Source: Eutreptiella sp. 'Long Island Sound 2002' (lineage: Eukaryota; Protista; Euglenida). From it: DNA of 64,000 nucleotides. Numbering within the stretch: the stretch's first letter is position 1; each line of letters opens with the position of its first letter. Positions 11,958 to 26,200 of this stretch are shown piece after piece. A program made the position numbers and the translations under genes. The notes under the pieces are model-generated. The model searched no databases, was not told the DNA's origin, and worked only from the letters and a program-made list of their open reading frames with translations. The DNA is taken from NCBI GenBank assembly GCA_964036045.1, contig OZ038378.1, positions 168,640,001 through 168,704,000 on the forward strand, written 5' to 3'.

Positions 11958-13849
11958 TCCCGAAACACCGAAACACCCACCCAACAAAGAGGATATACCA
12001 GTGGATGTACGTCAGTGACTGCTATACACTGCAGTCTGGGACGAAGGGGATGACCAAAAGTGCAAGTTGACATGTCAAGGTCACATCAGCAAGAAGAGAC
12101 CTAGCAACCCAAGGCTGTGGACGGCTGGCAAATCAGAGCCAAGGTAGACAAGCAAACGAAAGTGGCAGAGTTGCAGAAAGTGGTAGCAAGTGGAGTACCC
12201 CCCCCCCCCCGGGTCTTTCCCCACCCCTTGTCCTTCCCTAGGGGGGACCTTGTCAACCTCAAATATTCGCTGCAGGTAAGTGTGTTGTCTTGTCTTGTCT
12301 ACAGGGGCACTTGTTCTGGGGCAGGTTGTTGGCTATTTCGAGCATGGTGATGCACATCACTGCATCACTTATGAGCGTGGTGGCAAACTATGCTGCCTGA
12401 TGCACCCACCACCGATGACGATAGTGAGATGAATTCTGACAGAAAGATTGTTTGGGCAAAGTGTGCTCGTGGTGTGTGGGGTATGGGACACAGTTTTGTG
12501 GACAAGTTGCATTTCACAAGAGACATCCCCGAAGACAAGTGCGTTCCGAAGGACCTGCTGGCACCTGTTTTTGCCAAGCCTCCTGCCAAAAGGCCAAACC
12601 ACCGGCCAAGGGTGCTGTCCAAAGCATCGCTGTGGAAAGTAGTGAGCATGTTCAGGAATTCAAGGTCAAATGGAGCAGGAGGAAGAAGTTTTACATTGAG
12701 CCAGTCAAGGAGTAAATTTCATTCCATCGGCAGCCCATTGAGTGCATGCACGATTTTCATATTTTTGCAATACTCGCTTTCATTTGTCACTGTGTGTTGA
12801 CCGTGACAAGCTCTGCAGACCAAAGTTTCTTATGCTTTGTTGCTTTGTTTTCTGCGGAAAATTCTGTGCTTCACAGTGTGCATGTACAGTGGTAGTACGG
12901 TTCCCCCAGGTGGGGTGGGGGATTGTTACTTGGCAACCGTCCCCTGGGGGGTGGCGGGGGACCATCCGTCTTCCCTGGGATGGGGAACGGCAGGGGGGAG
13001 GGGGGGGGGGCCAGAGTACAATGTGAAGGGGATGCCAGAAGAGGTAGTGAAGAAGCAAACAATTCTAGCATGACAAACAAGTACGTGGGAGGTAGGCTTC
13101 ACCTTCTATGCACTCTTGTAGTTGTTTGGCACGTGCTGCGGGTTTTTTGTGCTTTTGCAGGTTTTCGAAAACAGCTTGAAGCCCCCATCTTGACCTGTGA
13201 TATGGCAATTACTGGTTCCCAAAGATTGCCTTTCAAAGCCCATTATCGCCCTGGTGAAGAGGGGGGCAAGGATCCTCTAGACACCTTTTGGAATCACTTC
13301 AGCTTCCGACACAGCGCTCATTGTGACCCAAAGGCGGGGGGCCGGGATTGCTCATTGAGCAACGATGGCCAGAGTTCTGCTTAAGGCGGGTGGGCTGGGG
13401 CTGGGGGGCGCAAGGAGGAGGATGGATGGGGGGCTTTTGGCAGCTCCTGCCCTCCCGTCCCCCCACTACCACCAGCAGTAAAGGAGGGGCAGGGGCTGGT
13501 GGATGTATTCAGTGCATGTCTCGGATATTGGCTGGCGCTGGTGTTGACGTTACCAAATTGGCATCAGGTCAGGCATCGTGGGGGGGGGGGGGGGGGGGGG
13601 CATCATCCACTTCAACAGAGGATGGAAGTGCGGCTGGGCAACGGCCCCACCCATTGGGTATCATGGCCTTTGGGATCATCGCCACTAAGCCCCTCCTGCC
13701 ACTGGCATCATGAACACCCTTGCCACAACTTGGAGATTCCTCTCGCCCTGGTTACCCACGTATTTGATTCAAGCTGCAGCCCACTGTGGATAATGGTGGT
13801 GCTCATGTGCCCAATGCTGCGCGTGCTGGGTGCTTCAGTATCCTCAAGT

Positions 13850-14100
13850 ACCCCCCCCCCCTTCCTGTATAGTAACCGTCCTTGCATAGTAACCGGGGGG
13901 GGGGGGACCGTCACTTTCCGTTTTGCAAATTTACTCAGACGGTTAGATGTTGAGCTTCTCCTGTGCGTTTGCTGGCTGGACCAGGTGGTATTATTGGTGC
14001 ATTGCTGTGTAACCCAGATTTGTTGCATCCAAGGCACTCCACTGTGCCCTGTATCGTGTAGAACACTTCAGTTCTTCACAATTTCAGCCATGGACGTTGA
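13850..14100. repeat. Dispersed repeat family copy (second copy at about 32035-32295)
   Basis: Shared text ..accgtcactttccgttttgcaaatttactcaga..gctggctggaccaggtggtattattgg..catccaaggcactccactg.. Confidence 0.75.
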
Positions 14101-14854
14101 CCATATTGACGCACACTCACCTGATGCTGTTGTCAATTTTCAACGTTCCGGGGGTTACTATACAAGGGGAAGGGGGGTAGCTCATGTTGGCCAACAGACT
14201 GAACTATAACTGATTGACCCGAATCCGATGTCATCTTTAGTTTGCTGACCCTTCATCCCACAACCCCCCCCCCCCCCTTGTCCAGAGTACCGCAGCACAG
14301 CAGGTGTATGGTCCCTGTTTGTTTGGGAACTGATTGTAGTTCGGTCCCAAATCCTGTGCCTGGTCTCAGGGTGGGGGTGGGGTTTGATGCTTGGTTTTTT
14401 TCTTGTGCATATGTCAATGCCCAAGAATTTTTGATTTTGTACACAAGTGCTGTGGAACAAGGGGCCACTCTACGGTGGGCCCGCCATCCCCACCATCAAC
14501 ACTCCACCTCTGCATAACTGTTCCTGTTCCATAGACCTCATTCCTTGCCACTGTACAACGGCCCCTGTTCCTTGCCACTGTCCTACCAGAGGCCAAGTTT
14601 CAACAACCGCTTACTACCAGAATACTGCACTTGGACAAAGCTGTTACCAAAGGGTGACAGATATACTGTTGATGACAGTAAAACGGAGAAACCCAGACAC
14701 ACGACCCTTGTGAGGCAGGTGGTCGTTCAATGCAGTGACTCCAGTCATTCGGGTGTGACGAATTTCCCCCACCGACAGTACCCCCACCCAAACTTCCCCT
14801 CCGCCCCAATTTAATGGCTTCAGTCTCCGAAGGGCCTGCCATGCGGCCAGGGGA

Positions 14855-15368
14855 ATGGTCTTCGTTCGCCAGCGTCACCAAAAGCGCCCTGCGACCGAGC
14901 GCGGGAAGCGCGGCACGAGCTGCGGCAGCGGCCCGCGACCCTTGACCGCATGCGCACAGCCGAATGCGCTCTTGGAGATGCCGGGGCCGCCCCCCGTGGG
15001 CCGCCGCAGCGCCATCGACGTCCGTGCATCGCTGCCCTACCCCATCGCGCCGTGTGTGCCGGCGACCCCCAGGCTCTGGCACGAGCCCCCGGGTAGCACA
15101 GTTGATGGCCCGGACACACCGCCGCCGAATGGGCAGGCGGCGCTGTCGTGGGAGGCAGTACGCGGCCCCACTGAAGGGCGCGATCCGCCACGGCTGCACG
15201 GGCACAGCGCTGTTGTTGTGGGAGACCGGCTGCTGTTGCTGTTCGGCACGACCCGCGTGGGACTGTATCCGCCTGCGTTCAGCGAGTCGGTGCACTGGTT
15301 TGACGTTGCGCAGCAACAGTGGGGCCTGTACAAAGCCCCACAGGGGGACCGCCCGGCACTGCGGACAG
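14855..15368 (+). CDS. Kelch-F-box-WD40 exon 1 (Pro-rich N-terminus + Kelch blade 1)
   Basis: PPRLHGHSAVVVGDRLLLLFG..VHWFDVAQQQW; donor G|GTTCTC at 15369; 5' end uncertain. Confidence 0.8.
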
Positions 15369-17187
15369 GTTCTCCACCTACACTGCCCCTGTCACGCAGG
15401 CCAAAGCATCGTCGACCCACCTGACCGCCATTTTTCCGATGGTATTCCTGCCGTCGAAAATGGCCCGTTGTAGTGGGAAAAAGAGGCCAAAACGCCAACG
15501 TGACGTCCTTGCTTGATAGGTAGATTTGCGACGAGATGGGTCTCTAATCTGCACCTCCGTCCCACACATCACGTGGCTGCAAACTGTGGTTTGCTGGTTG
15601 CTCGGGGGTTTGCATGCACCAGACCCCTCGAAGGACTGTCTCAGGGCCAGAATCACTCACAATTGGTCTGAGACAGGTGCTGATACATTCATTCCCCGTG
15701 GGATCTTTTTCTTTTGGCAGAAAACACGGTTTTGATCCATCGTTGACCCATTTGCAGTCCAAAACGGCCTATGTTGAAGGCTCTGTGGGACTCTTTAGGT
15801 CCCAAACAGGTTTCAACAGGCTCATTTGGATTTGGAGCCATGCAGCACATGATTCTGCCCAATCCTGGTTTGGCCGTTTTCTGCCATAGTGCACAGATTT
15901 TGGGCTATTTTGGGCCTTTTAGACGGTGTTTCTTGGACGACTATCATGGGATATCATGGGAATAGCTGAAAAGGCTTTTTTGACACAAGTCAAGTCAGGT
16001 CCGTCTGGCTGGTTTGAGGTGGTTTTAGGGCCAATTTTTCGTCCAATGCTGCACAGATTTGGGCACCTCCGAATTCAGTGCCCGCGTTCTAGACAGCTAG
16101 CCACCATTGTGTTTGAGGCTCAAAATTTGGATTCGGGGCTGACACCTGTCAACGCACAAGATGGCTAGAGTAGAGTACAGTCTGAAGCGGTGGAACCCCG
16201 CAATGGCTACAACGGAAATGTGGGACGAGGGTGTACTAGTATATTACTACACCCCTCTCCCCTTAAATCTAGCTAACAAGCAAGCAAGCAAGCAAGCAAC
16301 AAGCAAGCAAGCGAGCAACCCTTCTCCTTTCCGTTTTGGCTATTGCTTCGCCTCATCGCTCCGGGCTCTGCTCTACTCTAAGCATCTTGGAGCCTAGGTG
16401 GTGCCCTTGCCGAATCCAAGTTTTGAGCCAAAAACTCACCGGTGGCGCCCCGGGGCGGGGGCGCCAAGTCGGGAGGTGCTCTCCCAAAATTGCGCATTTT
16501 GTGCCCCAAAACAGCCTTTTTTGGCCCAAAACAGCCCCATAACCCATTCGAAACGACCAAACGAAGGGAAACGATTAGTACACTTCACGTGGGCCTTGAT
16601 TGCCCCATGACAAAGAGCCCTTTGTTGCCCTCCAACTCCACAATATGTCCGAGAAACGGCCCAAAAAATGGCCAAAAATGGCCAAGGTTGCGCGCAGTAT
16701 GTGTCAACAAGCCCCAAAACCAAGAACGGGCCTCTGCCGGCCATGAGACAAAGCTGGGTGCATTCCTGTTTGTTTGTTTGTTTGTTGCGGTGTTTCCGCC
16801 CCCCTGACTAGTTACACTGTGTTCAGCATAGGGGAGGGTCCAAGGGAGAGACATGGCGAATGCTATGTTTTGTGGTTTGTTTGTTGCGGTGTTTTCACGC
16901 TCTAAACGGTTGGCACTATGTTCTGCACAGGGGCTAATCCCGGAGGGGAGCAGCATGTCCCGTGGAACGGAAACCAGAAAACCCTGGGTGGCCTGCAGCT
17001 GGCTAGGGGCAATGTTCATATAGGAAGGGATGCAGTATTGTTCCTACGGATATGAAGGTGCAAATTAGTGTGCTAGGGGCTCCTGCAAGGCCCACACACG
17101 GACTACGAACTCATGGTTATTGTAGCAATGTAGGAATGTAGGCCTGTTGAACCTCGCAGTTTGAGCATGATTGGAATTGATGCCTTG

Positions 17188-17226
<39 letters not shown>

Positions 17227-20200
17227 TAGAAGCCTTGGTATATATATGTATATGGCCTATACGTGCATCCCCCCCCCCCCACCTTGGACCCTAGTGTGCG
17301 ACTTGAGGCAGGACTAGGGACCCCTCCCCCCTATTTTGAGGTCGGGAAACACAAAAAAATGGGTTTCGGGGTCGGATGGGACAGTGGGAGGGCTGTATAC
17401 AGGGTTTTTGGGCTAAAAATAGGGTATGACATCACTTATGGCAATCTCCTACCCAAACTGCTAAAAATAGGCAACTTAGGGACAAAATTGGTAGTGTGAG
17501 CCACAGTTCTTCCCTAAAAGTGATTGTGAATGATGAAAATCAACAAAAGGAAGGCAAATGTTTCGAACCTTCATGGTATGGGGGGGCTAAAAGGTGGGGA
17601 TGGGCTATTTTTAGGGGCAAAGTGGCTAATTTTAGCATTTTGGGTAGGAGATTGCCATAAGTGATGTCATACCCTATTTTTAGCCCAAAAACCCTGTATA
17701 CAGCCCTCCCACTGTCCCATCCGACCCCAAAACCTTTTTTTTGTGTTTCCCGACCTCAAAATAAGGGGGAGGGGTTCCTAGTCCTGCCCCAAGTCGCACA
17801 CTAGGGTCCAGGGTGGGGGGGGGGGGGGGATGCGCGTATAAGCCATATACATATATATCCTCTAATCTACACCCCTCTCCCCAACTCTAGGTGGCTCCAC
17901 AAAACGGCTTTAAGGTACGTGCGAATTGTGCACCTTGGTGCATACATGTGGTGGAAGGGGCTAAACTGAGTCAAAACGGGCTCAAAATGGGCTCATCTCA
18001 CTTGTTTGTCCACCCCAAACGGTCCATGATAACTTTTGGGGAAACGCGTTTTTAACCCATTTTTGACCCATTTTTGATCCCTAAATGGCCCATTTTCAAG
18101 GTATTTTGGGATTTTCATGGCCCAAAACGCGTCACCACGGGCTCAAAATGGGCTAAAAAAAACACTTGTTTGAGCATCCCATATGGTCCAGGATCACTTT
18201 TGGAAAAAGGTGTCCAGGATCACTTTTGGAAAAAGGTGTTTTTGACCATTTTTGACCCATTTTTGGTCCCAAAACGGCCCATTTTCAAGGCATTGTGGGA
18301 TTTTCCACGGGCCAAAACACGCCACCACAGGTTCAAAATGGGCGAAAAACACTTTTTTTGAGGATCCCAAATGGTCCAGGATGACTTTTGGAAAAGTGCG
18401 TTTTTAACTCATTTTTGACCCATTTTTGGTCCCAAAACGGCCCATTTTCAATGCATTTTGGGATTTTCCAAGAGCCAAAACGCGTCACCACGGGTTCAAA
18501 ACGGGCTAAAAACACTTGTTTGAGCATCCTAAGTGGTCGAGTAACAACTTTGGAAAAAAAAAATTTTCCCGCCCCATGGACCCTTTTTGACCCACCGTTG
18601 GCCCCCACCCTGCGTGGCCCGGGCTACCCTCCAGCTCCACCAAGTGACCACTAGTACATGGGTCGAGGTGTCTCGCTGAGCGATTTTGAGAGTTGGAAAC
18701 CACAAAAAGTGGGGGATTGCAGGTGCACTGGGTGCCCTCGGAATTTGGTTTTGAGCCACGTAGCCCAAGATACGGCCCGTTCTTGGTTTGGGGTTGTTTG
18801 ACACATACTGCGCGCAACCTTGGCCATTTTTGGCCATTTTTTGGGCCGTTTCTCGGACATATTGTGGAGTTGGAGGGCAACAAAGGGCTCTTTGTCATGG
18901 GGCAATCAAGGCCCACGTGAAGTGTACCAACCATTTCCCTTCGTTTGGTCGTTTCGAATGGGTTATGGGGCTGTTTTGGGCCAAAAAAGGCTGTTTTGGG
19001 GCACAAAATGCGCAATTTTGGGAGAGCACCTCCCGACTTGGCGCCCCCGCCCCGGGGCGCCACCGGTGAGTTTTTGGCTCAAAACTTGGATTCGGCAAGG
19101 GCACCACCTAGGCTCCAAGATGCTTAGAGTAGAGTAGAGCGTGAAGCGTTGGAACGGAGTAATGGCCAAAACGGAAAGGAGAAGGGTTGCTCGCTTGCTT
19201 GCTTGTTGCTTGCTTGCTTGTTGGCTAGATTTAAGGGAAGAGGGGTGTAGTAATATATGTCCTCTAATCTACACGTCTCTCCCCAATTGTATGTGGCCGC
19301 ACAATACAGCTGTAAGGCACATCCGAAGTGTGCAAGTTGGTGCATACATATGACCAAAGGGGGTAAAATTGGTCAAAATGGGCTCAAAATGGGCGCATCT
19401 ATCCCGTTTGAGCACCCCAAATGGTCTAGGATCCTTTTTGGAAACACACATTTTTGACCCATTTTTGACCAATTGTGTTTGTTCACAAAAATGGCCCATT
19501 GTCAAGGCTTTGTGCGACTTAAACGGGCAGATTTGCCTCAAAACGGGCTGAAAAATGGCTCATTTCACTTGTTTTTGCACCTCAAATGGTCCAGGATCAC
19601 TTTTGGAGAAACACGGTTTTCACCCATTTTTGACCCATTTTTGGTCCCAAAACGGCCCATTTTCAAGGCATTTTGGGATTTTCCAAGAGGCAAAACGGGC
19701 TACAAACACTTGTTTGAGCATCCCAGGTGGTCTAGGAGCAACTTTGGAGAAAATCATTTTTTCTGCCCCGGGGACCCTTTTTGACCCACGGTTGGCCCCC
19801 ACCCTGCGCGGCCAGTGTTGCCCTCCAGCTCCACAAGCGACTACTGGTACGGGGGTCTAGGCGTCTAGTTGGGCGATTCTAAGGCTTGGAAACCACAAAA
19901 GATGGGGCGTTGCAGGTGGACTAGGCGCCCTTGGAAGTCAGATTTGAGCCACGTAGCCCAAGATACCGGCCGTTCTTGGTTTTGGGGCAATTTGACAAAT
20001 GTTGCACACAATTTGGGCCATTTTTTAGCCATTTTTGGGCTGCTTCTTGGACATATCATGGAGTTAGAGGACAACAAAGGGCTCTTTGTCACGGGGAGGT
20101 CAAGGCACACGTAAAGCGTACCAACCGTTTCCCCTTGTTTGGCCGTTTTGAATGGGTTTTGGGGCCGTTTTGAGCCAATAAAAAGACTGTTTTGGGGGCA

Positions 20201-23200
20201 GAAAATGCGTAGTTTTGGGAGGGCACCTCCCGACTTGGCGCCCCCGGCCCAGAGAGTTTTTGTCTCAAAGCTGGGATTCAGAAAGACCACCACCTAGGGT
20301 CTGTGATGGCCACGGTAGAGTAGAGCCCGTAGCGTTGAAAGGGTGTGGTGGCCAAAACAAAAAGGAGAAGTGCTTGTTGCTTGCTGCTTGCTTGATGGGC
20401 TCAAAATGGGTTCATTTCGCTTGTTTGTGCACCCCAAATGGTCCACAATCACTTGTGGGAAAACGCGTTTTTGACCCACTTTTGACCCATTTTTGGTCCC
20501 AAAATGGCCCAACTCAGGGCATTTTGGGACTTTCCACGGGCCAAAATGGCTCAAAACGACCTCAAAGTGGGCTCATTTCACTTGTTTTTGCACCGCAAAT
20601 GGTCCAGGATGACTTTTGGAAAACAAGTTTTTGACCCATTTTTGACCCATTTTTGGTCCCAAAACGGCCCATTTTCAATGCATTTTGGGATTTTCCAAGA
20701 GCCAAAACGCGTGACCACAGGCTCAAAACTGGCTATAAACACTTGTTTGGGCATCCCAAGTGGTCGAGGAACAACTTTGGAAACAAAAAAAATTTCCGCC
20801 CCAGGGACCCTTTTTGACCCACCGTTGGCCCCCACCTTACGCGGCCCGGGCTGCCCTCCTGCGCCACTAAGTGACCAGTGGTACGAGGGTGTAGGTGTCT
20901 AGTTGGGCGATTCTAAGGCTTGGAAACCACAAAAAAATGAGGGGTTGCGGGTGGACTAGGTGCCCTTGGAAGTCAGATTTGAGCCACGTAGCCCAAGATA
21001 TAACCTGTTGTTGGGGCTTGCTGGCACAAACTGCGCACAATTTGGGCCATTTTTAGCCATTTTTGGGCCGTTTCTCGGACATATCGTGGAGTTGGAGGGC
21101 AACAAAGGGCGCTTTTTTCCACGGGGAGATCAAGGCACACATGGAGTGTACGAACTGTTTCCCTTCGTTTGGCCGTTTTGAATGGGTTTTGGGGCCGTTT
21201 TGAGCCAAAAAAAAAAAGGCTGTTTTGGGGGGGGAAATGTGCAGTTTTGGGATAGAAAATGTGCAGTTTTGTAAGGGCACCTCCCGACTTGGTACCCCAG
21301 CCTCGGGCACCACCGGTGAGTTTTTGGCCCAAAACTTGGATTTCACAAGGGCACCACCAAGGGTCTAGGGTGGCTAGATGAGGGAAGGATCCGAGGCGTT
21401 GGGACGGAGCAATTGCCAAAACGGAAACGTGAAGTGCTTGCTTGCCTCTTGCTTGTTGTTGTTAGCTACAAATTGGCCCCTTTTCAAGTCTTTTTTGCAC
21501 CTTTGGTGGGCCATAACAAGCCCAAAGAGCCTCAAACTAGGCTCAAACAACTTGTTTTGGCATCCCAAGTAATTTGGGGTCATTTTTGGAAACCAAGTGG
21601 ACCCATTTTGGCCGCAACCATATTGGACTCTAACACACTGCTTGCTAGAGCCAAATGGGCACTAGTATGGGGGTCTAGGCATCCATTTGGGCGGTTTGGG
21701 GAGGGGGGTTCAAAACAACAAAAGCTGGCAAGTTGCAGGCGGATAAGGTGCCCTTGGAATCGTTTTTTGAGCCATGTAGCCCAAGGTAAGGGCCATTCTT
21801 GCTTTTGGGGCCATGTGATGAAAACAACACAGAGGACTGAACATTTTGTGCCCCTTTTCGGGGTTTTCTCGCAGATATTGTAGGGGACTAGGTAGCTTAG
21901 AACAGGGCTCTTTGATACAACAAAACCAAGCTAATCATGGCCTATGTCATTTGGGTTCCTTTATTTGGTTGTTTTGAACCACTTATGGGGCTGTTTTGAG
22001 CGGAAAAAGGCCATGTTTGGCCCAAGTGGCAGTGATTTGGAAGGGCACCTCCCGACTTGGCGCCTGCAACCCGGGCTACCACTGTTGGGTTGGGGACTCA
22101 AACTCGGGATATCGGAAAGCCATGTGTCAATGCAAAAGATGGCTAGAGTAGAGTAGAGCCCCCCATGTGGGTAGGTCCTGGGAACTTGGCAGGGCTCTAA
22201 TTGGGGGGTAGATTTGTGATAAGCCATATATATGTTACTACACCCCTCTCCCCTTAAATCAATGAAACAATTGGTGATAGTTGGTCAAAAATGGGTCAAA
22301 AAAGTAGTCTTCCTCCAATGATTCTAGACTATTTGGGATGATCAAGCACATGAAGTGAGCCCATTTTGAGCCCGTTTTGACACATCAAACCCAAGCACGA
22401 GCCCTTCAAAAGTCTTTCGAGGCTGGGGTAGGCCCCTTGGGGTGCCATCTAGAGTGGTGGAGAGGGGTGTAGATTAGAGGATATATCTTGTGGCTACACC
22501 CATGCCCCTCCTCACCAGCAAGGGGACCCCCCGGTGTCCACTATGTCTCATTGCACACCACATCATCTTCCCCTCGCAATCTTACTTTTTGGTATGCCAC
22601 CACGTCCGGGTCCCTTGCTCGGAGCTTTCCCTGTTGCCACATGGTCTTCCCCGACTGGTACATGCCAGCCAAGTCGTTTTGTTGGTGTACAAGGAGAGCC
22701 TTTGTTGCTGCCCGTGTTGCAATTTTGTTTTGTCTCTTGGAGGAGCACGAGACATTTGGGGAGTTGTTCCCACCCTTGTTTCCATGATTTGGCCGGTGGC
22801 GTTGCATGAAGGGCCGGGTTGGTCAGTGCCACATCCTCGGCATCCTTGCCGCCCTAGTCTACGCTCCCATCCCCAACCCTAGATGGCTTATCACCACCGC
22901 TAGAAATGGCCTTGAAGGACGTTTGAAGGGCTAGTACTTGTGTTTAATGGGCTAAAATGCGTCAAAAATGGGCTCAATTCCCTTGCTTGAGCATCCCAAG
23001 TGGTTTAGGATCATTTTTGGAAAAAACATTTCTGGTCCCCAAACGGCCCATTTTCAAGGCTTTGTGACAGCTTTGGCCGGCCATAACGAGCCCGGATGGG
23101 TTCAAAGTCTACTGAAGCAATTTGTTATTTGGCGAGCCAAGTGGTCTTGGATCATTTTTGGAAAAAGTCTTTTTTCACCTTTGGTGAACCAAGTGAACCA

Positions 23201-26200
23201 ATTTTGGCACCAACCATCTCGGGCTCAAGCCCTATAGACCCAATTGCATGGGTATGGGCATCTTAGCGCCATGTGGGTGATTATGAGGGATTAAAACCAC
23301 AAAAAGTTGGGGTTTGAAGGTGCCTTGGAATCGGATTTCGAGCCATGTAGCCATTCTTGGTTTAGGGTTGTTTGCTCCTCAACTGCGCAGAATTTGGGCA
23401 ACTTTGGGCCAATCTGGGGGTGTTTCGCGGACATGTCGTGGAGTTGGAGGTCACTGAAGAGCACCTTGAAACAACGAAACCAAGGCATATGCTTTATTCG
23501 GCTGCTTTGCACCACTTACAGGGCTGTTTTGAGCGAAAAATGGCCGTGTTTGGCCCAAATTGCAATGATATGGAAGTATAGCCCAAAGCGTTGGGACGGA
23601 GATGTTGGCAAAATCGAAATGTGGAGTGTTGTTGTTGCTTGCTTGCTTGTTAGCTAGATACAAGGGGAGAGGGGTATAGTAATATATAATGTAAAAGCAT
23701 GCATGTGTAGGATGGTTTGGCACGGGTGATACTCCACTATCAAGGGCTGGCAAATGACCTCGGGGCACTATGCCATTAACCAAAATACCACCATCCATCC
23801 ACCCCCTCCCAAACTTGTGCCTTCCAGTGACATCTGTGCAAAACTCAGTGAAACAATCTTTTGTATAAATTTGGTAAAGTAGTAAAATCAATTACAACTT
23901 TTTTCAAACAATTCTGTCGATACTAAAGTTAGTGTGTTTTCATAAAAAAAAAATTCAATCAGTTTTACTGAAACTGAGGAAAAAATATTGTCCAAACAAA
24001 TTTTTCGAAAAAGTGTTTTCCAAAGTTTTACTTCATTTCTTACTCATATTCAATGCTGGGATCAAACCCCCTGCAGGCCAAGCCTCCTCTTCCTTGGCCC
24101 CGGTACTGCCCTCCCCCTGCTCTGCAGCCACAATGTCCTTTCTGTCCCCCGCCACCTCAGGCCAGTCTGCATGCCTTTGGGAAGATGGTGTGTACATATT
24201 CGGGGGCCATGCAGGGCCCATGACTCTGTTCGATGATGTGCACCGCTTCGACGTGAGGGGCGACGGCATGTGGCAGCCGCAGCACTGTGTGGGCCAGATT
24301 CCGCCGGGCATGTGGGGGCACAGCGCCAGTCTGGTGCAGGACACCATGTACATCTTTGGTGGCAACACGGTGTGTGTTCTGCTGTGTGGTTCGTGTGAGC
24401 CCCTGAGTTCCTATAGGGTCTGGGTTTCGTTCCGACCTTTTGCAATTCCGTTGCGCGTGTTGGAAATGCCATGCATGCAGCGTGATGTTTGTCCTGTTGG
24501 TTTTGACTGCGGGCTCGCTTGTTGCAGTCCCTTCGCTTTCTGGAAGTCCCAGTATGCTTGCACAAAGTGGTGGGCAGGTTATGTTAGGATGTGGTATGCA
24601 CAAATTATTGCAGTGCAGTCCAGAGCTGGGTGCTACTGTTGTGGATGTGCTCAAATGAGAGCATGAACGGGTCCACCCAACAGAGTAAGTGAATGTACCA
24701 TTTCATTTCTACATCTTGGTTCCATCCTGGCATTAGCATCGTGCCTGGTTTGGTGGGCCTATACCTGCCTGCACATTTTACGCAGGCAGATTGTGCACAG
24801 GGATGCGCCACAGGACTTTTGTAGCCATGATTGGGCCGTGGATAGTGAATGCCATGGTCAACGCAAGCCTAGTGGATGGTTATCAAGGGTTCCTTACTGC
24901 ATGATCTCATCTGCCCGTTGCACGTCATAACCCCGGCTCGCCAGGCCACACCGAAGCATGGAGCGCTTTGTGACCTGCTTTTGACCCTAGTGCTGCAACA
25001 CCAAGGTCCTGTCACCGTGATTCACCACTTGGTCCAGCGACCACGCCCTCTCTTTGGCTGCCTACCCAGAATGGCAATGGCATCCAGAGGCTCTATTGAG
25101 GTCCCTAAGGGGCCCGGTTGCTTAAGGCATCCCGTAGGGAGTGTCACTCCCCCCTCATCCTTTTCTGCACTTACTATAAATGGTCCTCACGCCACTCATG
25201 CGCACACTCCTGACATCCCTGCTCCTTACCAGAGTAGAAGGGTGTGATTCCCTACCGCGCTTTGCACATCTGGTGGGGCCCTAGTCTCTCCTTTGTGGAG
25301 AGCAGTGGTGTCGTCACTGCAACGTGCATTATCTCTGAGAGAAAGGTTGAAAAGAATTTTTTTGTTGGTTCAGTTCGATCTTTGATGGCGCAGTTTAGAA
25401 AGGTTGGAGGGAGTTGCATTGCAGAGGATAGCTCTTTTCTTGCGGTGCACCTTGCGGTGCCAGCACATGAGCTGATACTACTTGTGCTGCCCAGCCAGAC
25501 GCAACTACCCAATTGCTCAGAAGCCTCTCTGTGGAGGATTTGTAATAGGTCACCCCTCACCCTTTTTGTGTCGATAGAGTGTCCTCCCCACTGTTGCTGC
25601 CCGTGTTGCAAATTTCTTTTGTCCCCGGGAGAAGCAGGACACCTTTGGGGGGCAGTTCCCATGCTGTCTCCTTTGGCCGGTGGCGTTGTTCTTGTCTGGT
25701 GCTGCATGTAGGGCTGGGTTGGTTAGGTTGCGTGCCATATCCTGGGCATCCCTGCCTACCTGCGCTGGCAGCAGGCAGTGGGTTCGATACTGGTGCAGGT
25801 TGGGCATGTCAAGTTGTGGCTTTGGGTGCAGCTGCCGTCCTTTAGGCTCTTGCTCCTGCCCTACCCACCCACCCTGTGGAGGGAGGGTGGTGGAGGGGAG
25901 CAGCTTGGTGAAGAAACGTGTTGTGCCGGCCCTACACAGCACAGGACCTGTACCCGAGGGGACTATTTCAGGGGTAGTGCTAGAATCCACGAGTATGGGT
26001 GGCAATACCACGATGCATTGTAGAGCACCCTCTCGCCCCTGTGCCCAGCCCTACCCCGGGTGGCGGGCCCCCTAGTACCCCCTGGGGCACCAAGTGACGG
26101 TCCCTGGGGGGGATGCGCCGCGGATGTGTGCAGGGAAACCGTGGAAGCAAACTGATCAACAATTTGGCAAAAACCTGCAGAGCAATGCTGTGGGCTGGGC

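Noticed and set aside
12390-12800. PWWP domain (IVWAK)
   Set aside because: The downstream PWWP motif is absent; the match is too short.
16161-23657. Many short ORFs in the foldback and repeat cluster
   Set aside because: They are recurrent translations of a non-coding repeat family and show no protein motifs.
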